Shown here: piece after piece, positions 19,700 through 28,763 of the stretch
Layout: each line of letters begins with the position of its first letter
Position numbering within the stretch: position 1 is the stretch's first letter
NCBI RefSeq assembly: GCF_000020385.1
Contig: NC_010814.1
Location: 3,390,001 to 3,422,000 of the forward strand
From: Trichlorobacter lovleyi SZ
GTDB taxonomy: Bacteria; Desulfobacterota; Desulfuromonadia; Geobacterales; Pseudopelobacteraceae
DNA length: 32,000 nt
Direction of reading: 5' to 3'
Translations under genes and position numbers: made by a program
The notes under the pieces: generated by a model
The model's database searches: none
The model's input: the letters and a program-made list of their open reading frames with translations, nothing else
What the model was told of the DNA's origin: nothing

Positions 19700-21157
19700 A
19701 TGGAACTTTACGAACAGACCATCCATAATCTGCAGACTCAGTTACAGGCACGCCAGGTTTCCTCGGTTGAGATCACCAATTCTTTTTTGGACCGGATTGA
19801 ATCCACCGACCAGTCCATCAATGCCTTTATCACCGTCACTAAAGAGCAGGCATTGCTTGATGCAGCGGCAGCAGACCAGCGGATTGCAGCCGGCAATTGC
19901 GCCCCCCTGACCGGCATCCCGGTGGCCCTGAAGGATATCTTCCTGACGGAAGGGGTACGCACCACCAGTGCCTCAAAGATGCTGGACAACTTCATCGCCC
20001 CCTATGACGCCACCGCCTGGACCAGAATGAAGTCCCAGGGCGCCGTACTGCTGGGCAAACTGAATCAGGATGAGTTCGCCATGGGCTCGTCCTGCGAAAA
20101 CAGCGCCTTTGGCCCGACCCGCAACCCCTGGAACAAAGACCACATCCCGGGCGGCTCATCCGGCGGATCTGCTGCAGCCATTGCAGCTCAACAGGCTGTG
20201 GCCACCCTGGGCACCGACACCGGCGGTTCCATCCGCCAGCCCGCCTCACATTGCGGCTGCGTCGGCCTCAAGCCCACCTATGGCCGGGTCTCCCGCTACG
20301 GTGTAATCGCCTATGCCTCTTCGCTGGATCAGGTCGGTCCCATGACCCGCGATGTAACCGATGCTGCCCTGCTGCTGGGAGTCATTGCCGGATACGACCC
20401 CAAAGACTCCACCAGTGTGGACTGCCCGGTGCCGGACTACACGGCAGCACTGCAACAGGGAGTCAAAGGGCTCACAATCGGCCTGCCCAAAGAGTACTTT
20501 ATCGACGGGCTTGATGCTGATGTGCAGCAGGCCATGGAGCAGGCTATAGCGGTCTATCGCCAGCTTGGGGCTGAATTTGTTGAGGTCTCGCTGCCCCACA
20601 CCAATTATGCCGTGGCAACCTACTACCTGATTGCCACCGCTGAAGCCAGTTCCAACCTGGCCCGCTATGAAGGTGTTCGCTTTGGCCATCGGGCCAAGGA
20701 CACTGCCGGTTTGATTGATCTGATGATGCAGTCCCGCTCGGAAGGATTTGGAGCCGAGGTCAAACGCCGCATCATGCTGGGCACCTACGCCCTCTCCTCC
20801 GGCTACTATGATGCCTACTACATCAAGGCCCAGAAGGTGCGCACCCTGATCCAGCAGGATTTCAACGAGGCATTCAGGTCGGTTGATCTGCTGCTGACTC
20901 CGGTGGCCCCCACCCCTGCCTTCAGGATCGGTGAAAAGACCGCTGACCCGCTGCAGATGTACCTGTCCGACATCTTCACTATCCCGGTCAACCTGGCCGG
21001 TATCTGCGGCATCTCGGTTCCGGCCGGCATCAGCAGTAACGGCCTGCCGATCGGCCTGCAACTGCTGGGACGCCCCTTTGGCGAAGAAACCATCCTGAGA
21101 GCGGCTTTTGATTTTGAGCAAGCCACCCAGTGGCATACCAAGAAGGCAGCATTATGA
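19700..21157 (+). CDS. gatA: Asp/Glu-tRNA(Asn/Gln) amidotransferase subunit A
   Basis: 485 aa with the amidase signature [13 protein letters not shown]...[15 protein letters not shown] stop overlaps the gatB ATG (ATGA). Confidence 0.96.
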   Translation: MELYEQTIHNLQTQLQARQVSSVEITNSFLDRIESTDQSINAFITVTKEQALLDAAAADQRIAAGNCAPLTGIPVALKDIFLTEGVRTTSASKMLDNFIAPYDATAWTRMKSQGAVLLGKLNQDEFAMGSSCENSAFGPTRNPWNKDHIPGGSSGGSAAAIAAQQAVATLGTDTGGSIRQPASHCGCVGLKPTYGRVSRYGVIAYASSLDQVGPMTRDVTDAALLLGVIAGYDPKDSTSVDCPVPDYTAALQQGVKGLTIGLPKEYFIDGLDADVQQAMEQAIAVYRQLGAEFVEVSLPHTNYAVATYYLIATAEASSNLARYEGVRFGHRAKDTAGLIDLMMQSRSEGFGAEVKRRIMLGTYALSSGYYDAYYIKAQKVRTLIQQDFNEAFRSVDLLLTPVAPTPAFRIGEKTADPLQMYLSDIFTIPVNLAGICGISVPAGISSNGLPIGLQLLGRPFGEETILRAAFDFEQATQWHTKKAAL

Positions 21158-22581
21158 GATTCCAACCGGTTATCGGACTTGAGGTCCATGTACAACTGAA
21201 GACAGACAGCAAGATCTTCTGCGGCTGCTCCACCCGCTTTGGCGCTGAGCCCAACCTGAACACCTGCCCGGTCTGCCTGGCTCTGCCCGGCGCCCTGCCG
21301 GTATTGAACCAGAAGGTGGTGGAGTTTGCCATCATGGCCGGTCTGGCCACCAACTGCAGCATCAGCCCCACCAACATCTTTGCCCGCAAGAACTACTTCT
21401 ATCCTGACCTGCCTAAAGGGTACCAGATCAGCCAGTTTGACCTGCCGATCTGCCTGGCCGGTCACCTGGATATTGCAGTGGGTGATCAGACCAAACGAAT
21501 CGGTATTACGAGAATCCATATGGAAGAGGATGCCGGCAAGCTGGTCCACGGCCAGGGCGGCGGTTCCGGAGTGGACCTGAACCGGGCCGGCACACCACTT
21601 CTGGAGGTGGTCTCCGAGCCGGATATGCGTACCGCCGATGAGGCGGTGGCCTACCTGAAAAAGCTGTACCAGATCGTGACCTACCTGGGGATCTGCGATG
21701 GCAACATGGAGGAGGGTTCCTTCCGCTGTGACGCCAACGTCTCGGTCATGCCGGTCGGTTCCGGCACCTTCGGCACCCGGGCCGAGATCAAGAACGTCAA
21801 CTCCTTCAAGTTCGTCAAGGCGGCCATTGAATACGAGATCGCCCGCCAGTGCGAATTGATTGAAGATGGCGGCAAAGTTGTGCAGGAGACCCGCCTGTTT
21901 GATCCCAACAAAGGGGTCACCCGCTCCATGCGGGGCAAGGAAGAGGCCCACGACTACCGCTATTTCCCGGACCCTGATCTGGTGCCGGTGGTGATCTCTG
22001 ACGACTGGATCAAGCGTGTTAAAAACGAGCTGCCGGAACTGCCTGAGGTCAAATTCAACCGCTTCCTGACTGAATACAGCCTGCCGGAGTATGATGCCGA
22101 TGTCCTGACATCATCACGCCCCCTGGCCGACTACTTTGAACAGTGCGCCCAGACCTGCAATAATGCCAAGGCTGCCGCCAACTGGGTGATGGGTGAACTG
22201 ACCCGTTCCCTGAATGACAATGGAATTGCCATTGAAGACAGCCCGGTCTCCCCTGCCCAACTGGCTGGTTTGATCAAGCTGATTGATGGCGGCACCATTT
22301 CCGGTACTATTGCCAAAAAGGTCTTTGAAGATCTCTGGAAGAACGGCGGCGAAGCAGCTGCCATTGTGGAGCAACAGGGACTGGCCCAGGTCTCCGACAC
22401 CGGAGCCATTGAGACCGCCATTGACCAGATCATGGCCGCCAACATGGGACAGGTCGAGGAATACCGGGGCGGCAAAGACAAGGTCTTCGGCTTCTTTGTC
22501 GGCCAGGTCATGAAGGCGATGAAGGGCAAGGCCAACCCGGCCGTGGTCAACGACCTGCTGAAGCAGAAACTGGCGGGATAA
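21154..22581 (+). CDS. gatB: Asp/Glu-tRNA(Asn/Gln) amidotransferase subunit B
   Basis: The track ORF is trimmed to ATG 21154, giving [23 protein letters not shown], the canonical GatB start. 475 aa with a C-terminal YqeY-like tail (…[27 protein letters not shown]). Confidence 0.96.
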   Translation: MRFQPVIGLEVHVQLKTDSKIFCGCSTRFGAEPNLNTCPVCLALPGALPVLNQKVVEFAIMAGLATNCSISPTNIFARKNYFYPDLPKGYQISQFDLPICLAGHLDIAVGDQTKRIGITRIHMEEDAGKLVHGQGGGSGVDLNRAGTPLLEVVSEPDMRTADEAVAYLKKLYQIVTYLGICDGNMEEGSFRCDANVSVMPVGSGTFGTRAEIKNVNSFKFVKAAIEYEIARQCELIEDGGKVVQETRLFDPNKGVTRSMRGKEEAHDYRYFPDPDLVPVVISDDWIKRVKNELPELPEVKFNRFLTEYSLPEYDADVLTSSRPLADYFEQCAQTCNNAKAAANWVMGELTRSLNDNGIAIEDSPVSPAQLAGLIKLIDGGTISGTIAKKVFEDLWKNGGEAAAIVEQQGLAQVSDTGAIETAIDQIMAANMGQVEEYRGGKDKVFGFFVGQVMKAMKGKANPAVVNDLLKQKLAG

Positions 22582-22598
22582 CCCGCCCGGAGCACGCC

Positions 22599-22964
22599 AT
22601 GCCGCAGACCGTCATGATTGTCGATGATGCCTTGTTCATCCGCACAGTGTTACGCACCATGCTGGAAGAATGTGGCTGTCAGATCCTGGCCGAGGCGGCC
22701 AGCGGCCTTGAGGCGTTGCGCTGTCTGCACGCGGTCACGCCGGACCTGATCTTTCTTGACATCATCCTGCCTGATGCCAACGGCATCGATATCCTGGATG
22801 ACATCCATCGCAGACTGCCGGACACAGCAGTCATCATCTGCTCGTCCATCAGCCAGGAACAGACCATTCACAAGGCGCTGCAGCATGGTGCTGCTGCCTA
22901 CCTGCACAAGCCGTTTACCCAGGAAGCTGTCGCCGCCGTACTCAAGCAGCTGGAAGACGGCTAG
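22599..22964 (+). CDS. cheY: Single-domain CheY-like response regulator
   Basis: 121 aa, receiver domain only. It has the acidic pair DD (9-10), phospho-acceptor D54 (IFLDIILPD), S at the T87 position (ICSS) and K105 (HKPF). Starts 17 nt after gatB and ends 2 nt before cheA. Confidence 0.85.
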   Translation: MPQTVMIVDDALFIRTVLRTMLEECGCQILAEAASGLEALRCLHAVTPDLIFLDIILPDANGIDILDDIHRRLPDTAVIICSSISQEQTIHKALQHGAAAYLHKPFTQEAVAAVLKQLEDG

Positions 22965-22966
22965 TC

Positions 22967-24595
22967 ATGGATATTTCCCGTTACCGTGACCTGTTTGTCA
23001 GTGAGGCACGGGAGCATCTGACTGCCCTCGGTTCTTTAAGCGTGCGCTGTGAAAAGGGGGAAACCGGCTCCAGCATCATTAACGAACTGTTCCGCCATGC
23101 CCACTCTCTGAAGGGGATGGCGGCAACCATGCAGCTCGATCCCATCGCCATCCTTGCCCATGCGCTGGAAGATCTGCTGGACAAGGTTCGCTCCGGCTCC
23201 CTGACCATCACCCGCAGTGCAGCAGACCTGATGCTGGCCGCCATCGACACTCTGGAGCAGTTGGTGACACGTGTGGCTGACGGGGAGGGATTGCCTGACA
23301 CGGAAGCCCTTGCCAACCGGATCCGCAGCTATACTCCGGCTGCAACGGATGGTGAGCCGGCTGTTGTGCGGAGCGCCGTCGTCCCCTCTGCACTGGCAGC
23401 AGCAGATGCTCCTCGCTTCCGCAGCAGTAGCGACACCTCCACAACCCGGATCAAAACTTCGCTGCTGGACCGCCTGGTCACCATCTCAGGAGAACTGCTC
23501 ACCGTACGCCACAGCCTTGAAAACCGGGCGACCTGCAATGATACCGCCGGGATGGCTCAACCGCTCAAGGAACTGTCGTCGCTGCTGCGTCAGCTGCAAA
23601 ACGAGGTATTTCAGGCCAGGATGCAGCCGTTCGGAGCGATTGCCGAGCGCTACCCCCGTATGGTACGGGATCTGGCACGCAAGAGCGGCAAAGAGATCAG
23701 CTTCAGCATGTCAGGTGACAGCATTGAACTGGACCGCGGGGTGCTGGAACAGATGATTGAGCCGCTGATGCACCTGCTGAGAAATGCCGTTGACCACGGG
23801 TTGGAGCCCCCGGCGGAACGGATAACCGCCGGTAAAGCGGCAACCGGCAATCTGCAGCTGGCTGTCAGCCGCCAGGCTGATCAGATCCTGCTGGAGATCC
23901 GTGACGACGGTCGGGGCATGGACCCGGCGCGCATCCGTTCCAAAGCGGTCAGTCAGGGACTTCTCACCAAACCACAGGCGGATGCCCTGACCTTGCAGGA
24001 GACCCTGCTGCTGATCTGCACCCCCGGTTTCTCAACTGCATCCGGAATCAGCGACATTTCCGGACGTGGCGTAGGAATGGATGTGGTGCAGAGCGCCATC
24101 CAGACCATTGGGGGCACCCTGACGATTGACTCCCTGCCGGGAAGCGGCACCACCATCACCCTGCGCCTGCCGGTCAGCGTGGCAATCATCCACGCCCTGA
24201 TGGTACGCTGTGGCGAGCTGCAGTTGGCAGTACCGGTCAGTGCCGTCACCAGCACCTGCGAGATACGGCACCATGAGATCCTCCAAAGAGGGCGCGAACT
24301 TTACCTGCTGCGCGATGGCGCAGAAATTCCGCTCCGCAACCTGCCCCGTTTTTTCCGGCAGAAAGAGACCCTGCCTGACAATGGTCTGCTGCCGGTATTA
24401 CTGACCGAATCAAACAAACAGCCGGTAGGGCTGCTGGTTGATCGCCTCCTGGGGCAGCAGGAGGTCTTTGTCCGTCCCCTTCATCATCCGCTGGCAGACC
24501 TGCGCGGCATCTCCGGCTCCTGCCTGCTGGGCAGCGGCCAGATTGTCTTTATTGTTGATCCAAACGCCTGTACAGGCCCGGTCATCGCTCAATAA
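22967..24595 (+). CDS. cheA: CheA-type chemosensory histidine kinase (P1-P3-P4-P5; no recognisable P2)
   Basis: 542 aa. It has an HPt domain with AHSLKG (His46 codon 23102-23104), a dimerisation segment, and an HATPase domain with N box HLLRNAVDHG, G1 DDGRGMD and G2 GRGVGMD. A C-terminal CheW-like domain (…GLLVDRLLGQQEVFVRPL…GSGQIVFIVD) follows. Confidence 0.9.
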   Translation: MDISRYRDLFVSEAREHLTALGSLSVRCEKGETGSSIINELFRHAHSLKGMAATMQLDPIAILAHALEDLLDKVRSGSLTITRSAADLMLAAIDTLEQLVTRVADGEGLPDTEALANRIRSYTPAATDGEPAVVRSAVVPSALAAADAPRFRSSSDTSTTRIKTSLLDRLVTISGELLTVRHSLENRATCNDTAGMAQPLKELSSLLRQLQNEVFQARMQPFGAIAERYPRMVRDLARKSGKEISFSMSGDSIELDRGVLEQMIEPLMHLLRNAVDHGLEPPAERITAGKAATGNLQLAVSRQADQILLEIRDDGRGMDPARIRSKAVSQGLLTKPQADALTLQETLLLICTPGFSTASGISDISGRGVGMDVVQSAIQTIGGTLTIDSLPGSGTTITLRLPVSVAIIHALMVRCGELQLAVPVSAVTSTCEIRHHEILQRGRELYLLRDGAEIPLRNLPRFFRQKETLPDNGLLPVLLTESNKQPVGLLVDRLLGQQEVFVRPLHHPLADLRGISGSCLLGSGQIVFIVDPNACTGPVIAQ

Positions 24596-24618
24596 ACCTT
24601 TTACGGAGTACAACTGAC

Positions 24619-25332
24619 ATGAAACAGCGTATCATCACCATTTTTCTGAGCCTGGCCCTGGGGGGCACCATCAGCAGCGCCCAGGCAGCCGAGGCGACCC
24701 TCCAGCAGGTCATCGCGACCCTGGAGCAAGGCTATGCCTCGCTCCAGGATCTGCAGGCCAGCTTTAACCAGTCCACCACCCTGGCCGGTTTCCCCAAACC
24801 GCAAAAGGGACACGGCGAACTGGCGCTGCGCCGTCCTCCGCAGGGTACGGCCCAGTTCCGCTTCGACTATGCCGTACCGAAGCAGAGCATCATCTCCAAT
24901 GGCAAGCAGGTCTGGTTCTATCAGCCGGAGAACAGGCAGGTGCTGGTATCGTCGCTGGAAGGGATGATGAAGGGGGGCAACAGCATCGGCATGGCCTACC
25001 TGACCGGTCTCGGCAATGTTTCAAAGGACTTTAACGCCGCATTTGCCAAGCCGAGCCGTGACAAACAGGGCAACTACCTGCTGGAACTGACCCCGCGCAA
25101 GCCTACTCCGGTCCTGTCCCGCCTGCGCCTGACCATCCATGAAGAGGCGGTCAATGCCCTGCTGGCCGATGGTCAGACCAAAGAGCCGTTCCCGGTGGTT
25201 GCATCCACGGTGGTTGACGGCAGCGGCACCGAAACCCGGATCAGTTACAGCCGGATACGGACCAACAGCGGCCTTTCAGCCGCAAAATTCAACTTTAAAG
25301 TGCCGCAAGGCGTCGATATTATCAAACCGTAG
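24619..25332 (+). CDS. LolA-like periplasmic outer-membrane lipoprotein carrier/sorting protein
   Basis: 237 aa with a signal peptide (…GGTISSAQA/AE). LolA-family pattern LQASFNQ…G.L…P..FRFDY…..II.NGK.VWFY.P. I cannot tell whether this is the housekeeping LolA or a paralog. Confidence 0.7.
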   Translation: MKQRIITIFLSLALGGTISSAQAAEATLQQVIATLEQGYASLQDLQASFNQSTTLAGFPKPQKGHGELALRRPPQGTAQFRFDYAVPKQSIISNGKQVWFYQPENRQVLVSSLEGMMKGGNSIGMAYLTGLGNVSKDFNAAFAKPSRDKQGNYLLELTPRKPTPVLSRLRLTIHEEAVNALLADGQTKEPFPVVASTVVDGSGTETRISYSRIRTNSGLSAAKFNFKVPQGVDIIKP

Positions 25333-25344
25333 GAGGACACACAC

Positions 25345-25830
25345 ATGCCGTCATTTGACATTGTATCAAAGGTAGAGATGCAGGAAGTAGACAACGCCGT
25401 CAATCAGGCCATCAAGGAGATCGGACAGCGCTACGACTTCAAAGGTTCCAAGAGCGAGATCACCCAGGAGAAAGATGCCATCAAGGTACTGGCCGATGAC
25501 GACTACAAGCTGAAGGCGGTGATTGATGTGCTGCAGTCAAAACTGCACAAACGCAACATCTCCATTAAATCGCTGCAGTACGGCAAGGTTGAGCCTGCCT
25601 CAGGCGGCATGGTGCGTCAGATCATCTCGGTCCAACAAGGGATCTCAAAGGAAAAAGGCAAGGAAATCATTGCGGTCATCAAGGAGAGCAAGCTCAAGGT
25701 CCAGGCCCAGATCCAGGATGATCAGGTACGGGTCACCGGTAAGAACCGGGACGACCTGCAGGACACGATCCAGCTTCTGAAGGGCAAAGACCTCGATATA
25801 GAGATGCAGTTCACGAACTTCAGGGAATAG
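25345..25830 (+). CDS. yajQ: YajQ-family nucleotide / cyclic-di-GMP-binding protein
   Basis: 161 aa. [35 protein letters not shown] is the near-invariant YajQ (UPF0234) N-terminus. TAGGAGG SD is present. Confidence 0.92.
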   Translation: MPSFDIVSKVEMQEVDNAVNQAIKEIGQRYDFKGSKSEITQEKDAIKVLADDDYKLKAVIDVLQSKLHKRNISIKSLQYGKVEPASGGMVRQIISVQQGISKEKGKEIIAVIKESKLKVQAQIQDDQVRVTGKNRDDLQDTIQLLKGKDLDIEMQFTNFRE

Positions 25831-25842
25831 AGGATAGACTCC

Positions 25843-27192
25843 GTGAGTAATCTGGCAAAACAGAAAGTAAGTATGGTCAGCCTGGGCTGCCCCAAAAACC
25901 TGGTGGATGCCGAGGTGATGCTGGGGGTGCTGGCGCAGCAGGGCTACGAAATTACCATGGACGAGAAAGAGGCCGATGTCATCATCGTCAACACCTGTTC
26001 CTTTATCAAAGAGGCCCGGGAAGAGAGCGTCGATGCCATCCTTGATCTGGCTGACCGCAAGAGTGACGGCAACTGCAAGACCCTGGTGGTTGCCGGCTGC
26101 CTGCCTCAGCGTTATCAGGAGGAGCTGGCCAAGGAACTGCCTGAAGTGGATATCCTGATCGGTACCGGTGATTACCCCCGGGTGGCCGAAATCCTGGCAG
26201 AGCATCACGCCGGTGATGCCCAGATCAAGTATGTGGGTGACCCCAATTACATTTACGACGAAGATCTGCCGCGGCTCAACTCATCACCCGGCTGGTACGC
26301 CTACCTGAAGATTGGCGAGGGCTGCTCAAACTGCTGTACCTACTGCGTGATCCCGTCACTGCGCGGCCCGTACCGTTCACGCCCCGTCGAGGCCCTGGTG
26401 GCCGAGGCAGAGCGGCTGGTCAAAGGCGGCGTGCGTGAGCTGATCCTGGTCTCGCAGGATATCACCCGCTACGGCAGTGACATGGATGACACCAGCAGCC
26501 TTGCCGGATTGATCCGGCGCCTGGCAGCGATCGAGGATCTGAAATGGATCAGACTCCTGTATGCCTATCCCGACGGTATCAGCGATGAGCTGATCGAGCT
26601 GTTCAAGACCGAACCGAAACTCTGCAACTATCTGGACATCCCGATCCAGCATATCAGCGATAACGTCCTGCAACGGATGAAGCGCCGCAGCAGCGAAGAG
26701 CAGATCCGGACCCTGATCGCACGCCTGCGCAACGAGATCCCCGGCATCACCCTGCGCACCTCCCTGATCGTCGGCTTTCCCGGTGAAACGGTGGATGATT
26801 TTCTCAACCTGACCCAGTTCGTGGAAAAGGCCCAGTTTGACCGGTTAGGGGTCTTCTGCTACTCCAGGGAGGAAGGGACACCGGCTGCTGAGATGCCGGA
26901 TCAGGTCTCGGAACGGGTCAAGCGGGAACGCCACCGCAAGCTGATGAAGACCCAGGCCAGGGTATCGTTCCGGCGTAACCGGGCCATGGTTGGACAGACT
27001 GAACAGGTGATTGTGGAGGGATACAGCGAAGAGACCGAACTGTTGCTGAAGGGACGCACCAGCCGTCAGGCGCCTGATATTGACGGGCAGGTCTACATCA
27101 CCTCCGGCCATGCTGAAATCGGCGACATCGTTGCCTGCAAGATCACTGATTCATCGGATTATGATCTGGTGGCCGAGATGATCGAGGAGTAG
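25843..27192 (+). CDS. rimO: Ribosomal protein S12 methylthiotransferase RimO
   Basis: 449 aa with the UPF0004 N-domain ([13 protein letters not shown]…NTCSFI), radical-SAM CSNCCTYC (CxxxCxxC) and a C-terminal TRAM domain. GTG start 25843; an alternative ATG lies at 25873. Confidence 0.93.
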   Translation: MSNLAKQKVSMVSLGCPKNLVDAEVMLGVLAQQGYEITMDEKEADVIIVNTCSFIKEAREESVDAILDLADRKSDGNCKTLVVAGCLPQRYQEELAKELPEVDILIGTGDYPRVAEILAEHHAGDAQIKYVGDPNYIYDEDLPRLNSSPGWYAYLKIGEGCSNCCTYCVIPSLRGPYRSRPVEALVAEAERLVKGGVRELILVSQDITRYGSDMDDTSSLAGLIRRLAAIEDLKWIRLLYAYPDGISDELIELFKTEPKLCNYLDIPIQHISDNVLQRMKRRSSEEQIRTLIARLRNEIPGITLRTSLIVGFPGETVDDFLNLTQFVEKAQFDRLGVFCYSREEGTPAAEMPDQVSERVKRERHRKLMKTQARVSFRRNRAMVGQTEQVIVEGYSEETELLLKGRTSRQAPDIDGQVYITSGHAEIGDIVACKITDSSDYDLVAEMIEE

Positions 27193-27207
27193 CTTTACTT
27201 TTGTTCC

Positions 27208-27246
27208 AGAAGTCCTGCACGCCCGACCGGGGTGTGCAGGACTTCT
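27208..27246 (+). terminator. Terminator-like hairpin after rimO
   Basis: 13-bp stem AGAAGTCCTGCAC (27208-27220) / GTGCAGGACTTCT (27234-27246), with extra CCC/GGG pairing in the loop. It is followed by a weak U tail (TTTCCT). Confidence 0.5.
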
Positions 27247-27392
27247 TTCCTGCCCGGCAAAATCTCATTTCATTTCCAGATCAATGGATACTGTCAAGGC
27301 GGCGAGGAGTTCGGCGATACAGGTGTATACGCAGTACGTTGATGAGCCGATGACGTCCCCTCGAAGGGAACGCCTTGCAACGGAATTGAACT

Positions 27393-28763
27393 TCACTGCA
27401 ACATGAAGGTCTCATACTCCAGTTTATCCAGATCGTTATCCAGCAAGGCCATACCGACCGCGATGGTCATCATCAGGGCCAGTGCAAAACCGTAACCGTA
27501 ATAGAAGGGACCCAGCTGAATTGAAATCAGGGTAAATGCCAGATTCAGCGCCGTGAACAGTGCGGTCAGCAACAGGACCCGGTTGCGTTTATCCAGATAG
27601 AAAAAGACGTTCAGCAGCCCCAGCAGTACCACCTGAAAACCGGTTGCCACCACCTGGACGGAAAGCAGTGGCAGGTGGATTTCTGAAATATGGGCCCACT
27701 GCAGCAGTTGCCGCCCGGCCACGATGACGACGATGGTGGCGATGGCCTGAATCTTGATGATGTCATAGAGCCCTTCACGGGCAACCCGCACCATTTCGTC
27801 CTTCATCTCCCGGATGTAGGAGAGCGAGCCCCCCTCACGAACCGCGTCGTAAAAGCGGTCATAGTACTCCACAAAATCAGTTTCCATGCGGACCAGAAAC
27901 ACCGCCATACCGGGAATGATCGCAAGGTAGGCCAGAAAAACCGGCAGGTCATAGACCAGTGAGGCCCGCAAAGGCCCGATCACGGTTGAGCCCGTCAGCG
28001 GATGAAACCAGAAGATAAACTTGTCGATCCAGATCCCCAGATTATAGAACAGACCGGTCAGCATCAGGGAGCGGTACATCCGCCCTCCCCCCAGAAAGTC
28101 AAATTCAATAAAAGTTCTTGAGGGATACTCCCGGAAGAGCACCCAGAACATTCCCAGCAGCAGAATAAACTGACCGGCCAGAAAGGCCAGCAACAACCCT
28201 TCCAGATTGCCGTGGCGCAACAGGAAGGCAAACAGCAGGGCGGAGCCGTAGCCCAGGGCAAAGTTGATCAGGATCGCCTTGTAAGCCTTGAGTCCGGAAA
28301 GCAGGATCGCCGTGACCCAGACACAGCAGAGCACAACAAAGGTTGCAGCAAACAGCAGCCGGAAGAACAGGCTTTGCTGGGGGAACTCCAGCATGCCGAT
28401 CGGGTAGGAGAGCACGCCGCTGACAACAATGACCACCAGCAACAGGCCGTTCAGGTTCGGCAGCAGTCTGTAATGTTCTTTTTCAAAGATCCGGTCTGCC
28501 GAATAGCGGGTGAAGGCCAGCTGGACCAGGCCGGTCAGAATCAGACTGAAGGCGATCAGATAGGTAACCACGGTCTGGAATTTGGAGACCAGCAACGCCG
28601 GTATGACCACCGGCAGCGAGATGACACCGATCAGCAGAACCGCAATGATCGAGAGAATCCAGGGACCGGAACTGATAATGCCGGCATAGGCGTAGGCCAT
28701 CAACAGCGAGCTGTAGCTGTCCCCCTTCATCAACTTGCGCAGTTCAAAACCAATGCCTGCCAT
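27393..28763 (-). CDS. pelG: Pel polysaccharide biosynthesis membrane protein PelG
   Basis: 456 aa, ~12 TM. The N-terminus MAGIGFELRKLMKGDSYSSLLMAYAYAGIISSGPWILSI matches P. aeruginosa PelG as I recall it. Start overlaps the pelF stop (TGATG). Confidence 0.88.
   Translation of the reverse strand: MAGIGFELRKLMKGDSYSSLLMAYAYAGIISSGPWILSIIAVLLIGVISLPVVIPALLVSKFQTVVTYLIAFSLILTGLVQLAFTRYSADRIFEKEHYRLLPNLNGLLLVVIVVSGVLSYPIGMLEFPQQSLFFRLLFAATFVVLCCVWVTAILLSGLKAYKAILINFALGYGSALLFAFLLRHGNLEGLLLAFLAGQFILLLGMFWVLFREYPSRTFIEFDFLGGGRMYRSLMLTGLFYNLGIWIDKFIFWFHPLTGSTVIGPLRASLVYDLPVFLAYLAIIPGMAVFLVRMETDFVEYYDRFYDAVREGGSLSYIREMKDEMVRVAREGLYDIIKIQAIATIVVIVAGRQLLQWAHISEIHLPLLSVQVVATGFQVVLLGLLNVFFYLDKRNRVLLLTALFTALNLAFTLISIQLGPFYYGYGFALALMMTIAVGMALLDNDLDKLEYETFMLQ

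Noticed and set aside
20246-21951. Two very long minus-strand ORFs (296 aa at 20246..21136; 377 aa at 20818..21951)
   Set aside because: Both are antisense to gatA and gatB, whose identity is unambiguous. The products are G/A/D/L/Q/H-rich with no motifs and no SD, and the ORFs overlap each other. The long open antisense frames are explained by the codon bias of the sense genes.
25645-26208. 187-aa minus-strand ORF
   Set aside because: It is antisense to the yajQ 3' end and rimO 5' end and crosses their junction. It has no recognisable domain.
27339-27365. Hammerhead-ribozyme-like TGATGAG ... CGAA strings
   Set aside because: The invariant C3 is a U here (UUGAUGAG). No proper stem II closes before a GAAA, and no cleavage-site stem III can be drawn.
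27294-27392. 32 in-frame sense codons after the pelG TGA (possible read-through extension)
   Set aside because: PelG already ends where the family ends. The extension (SSIPLQGVPFEGTSS...) is not hydrophobic or conserved-looking. Chance openness over 99 nt is unremarkable.
27284-27406. 40-codon plus-strand ORF (MDTVKAARSS...) in the rimO/pelG spacer
   Set aside because: It has no SD, runs into the pelG 3' end, and its sequence coincides with the inverted-repeat element. It is more likely RNA/DNA structure than a peptide.
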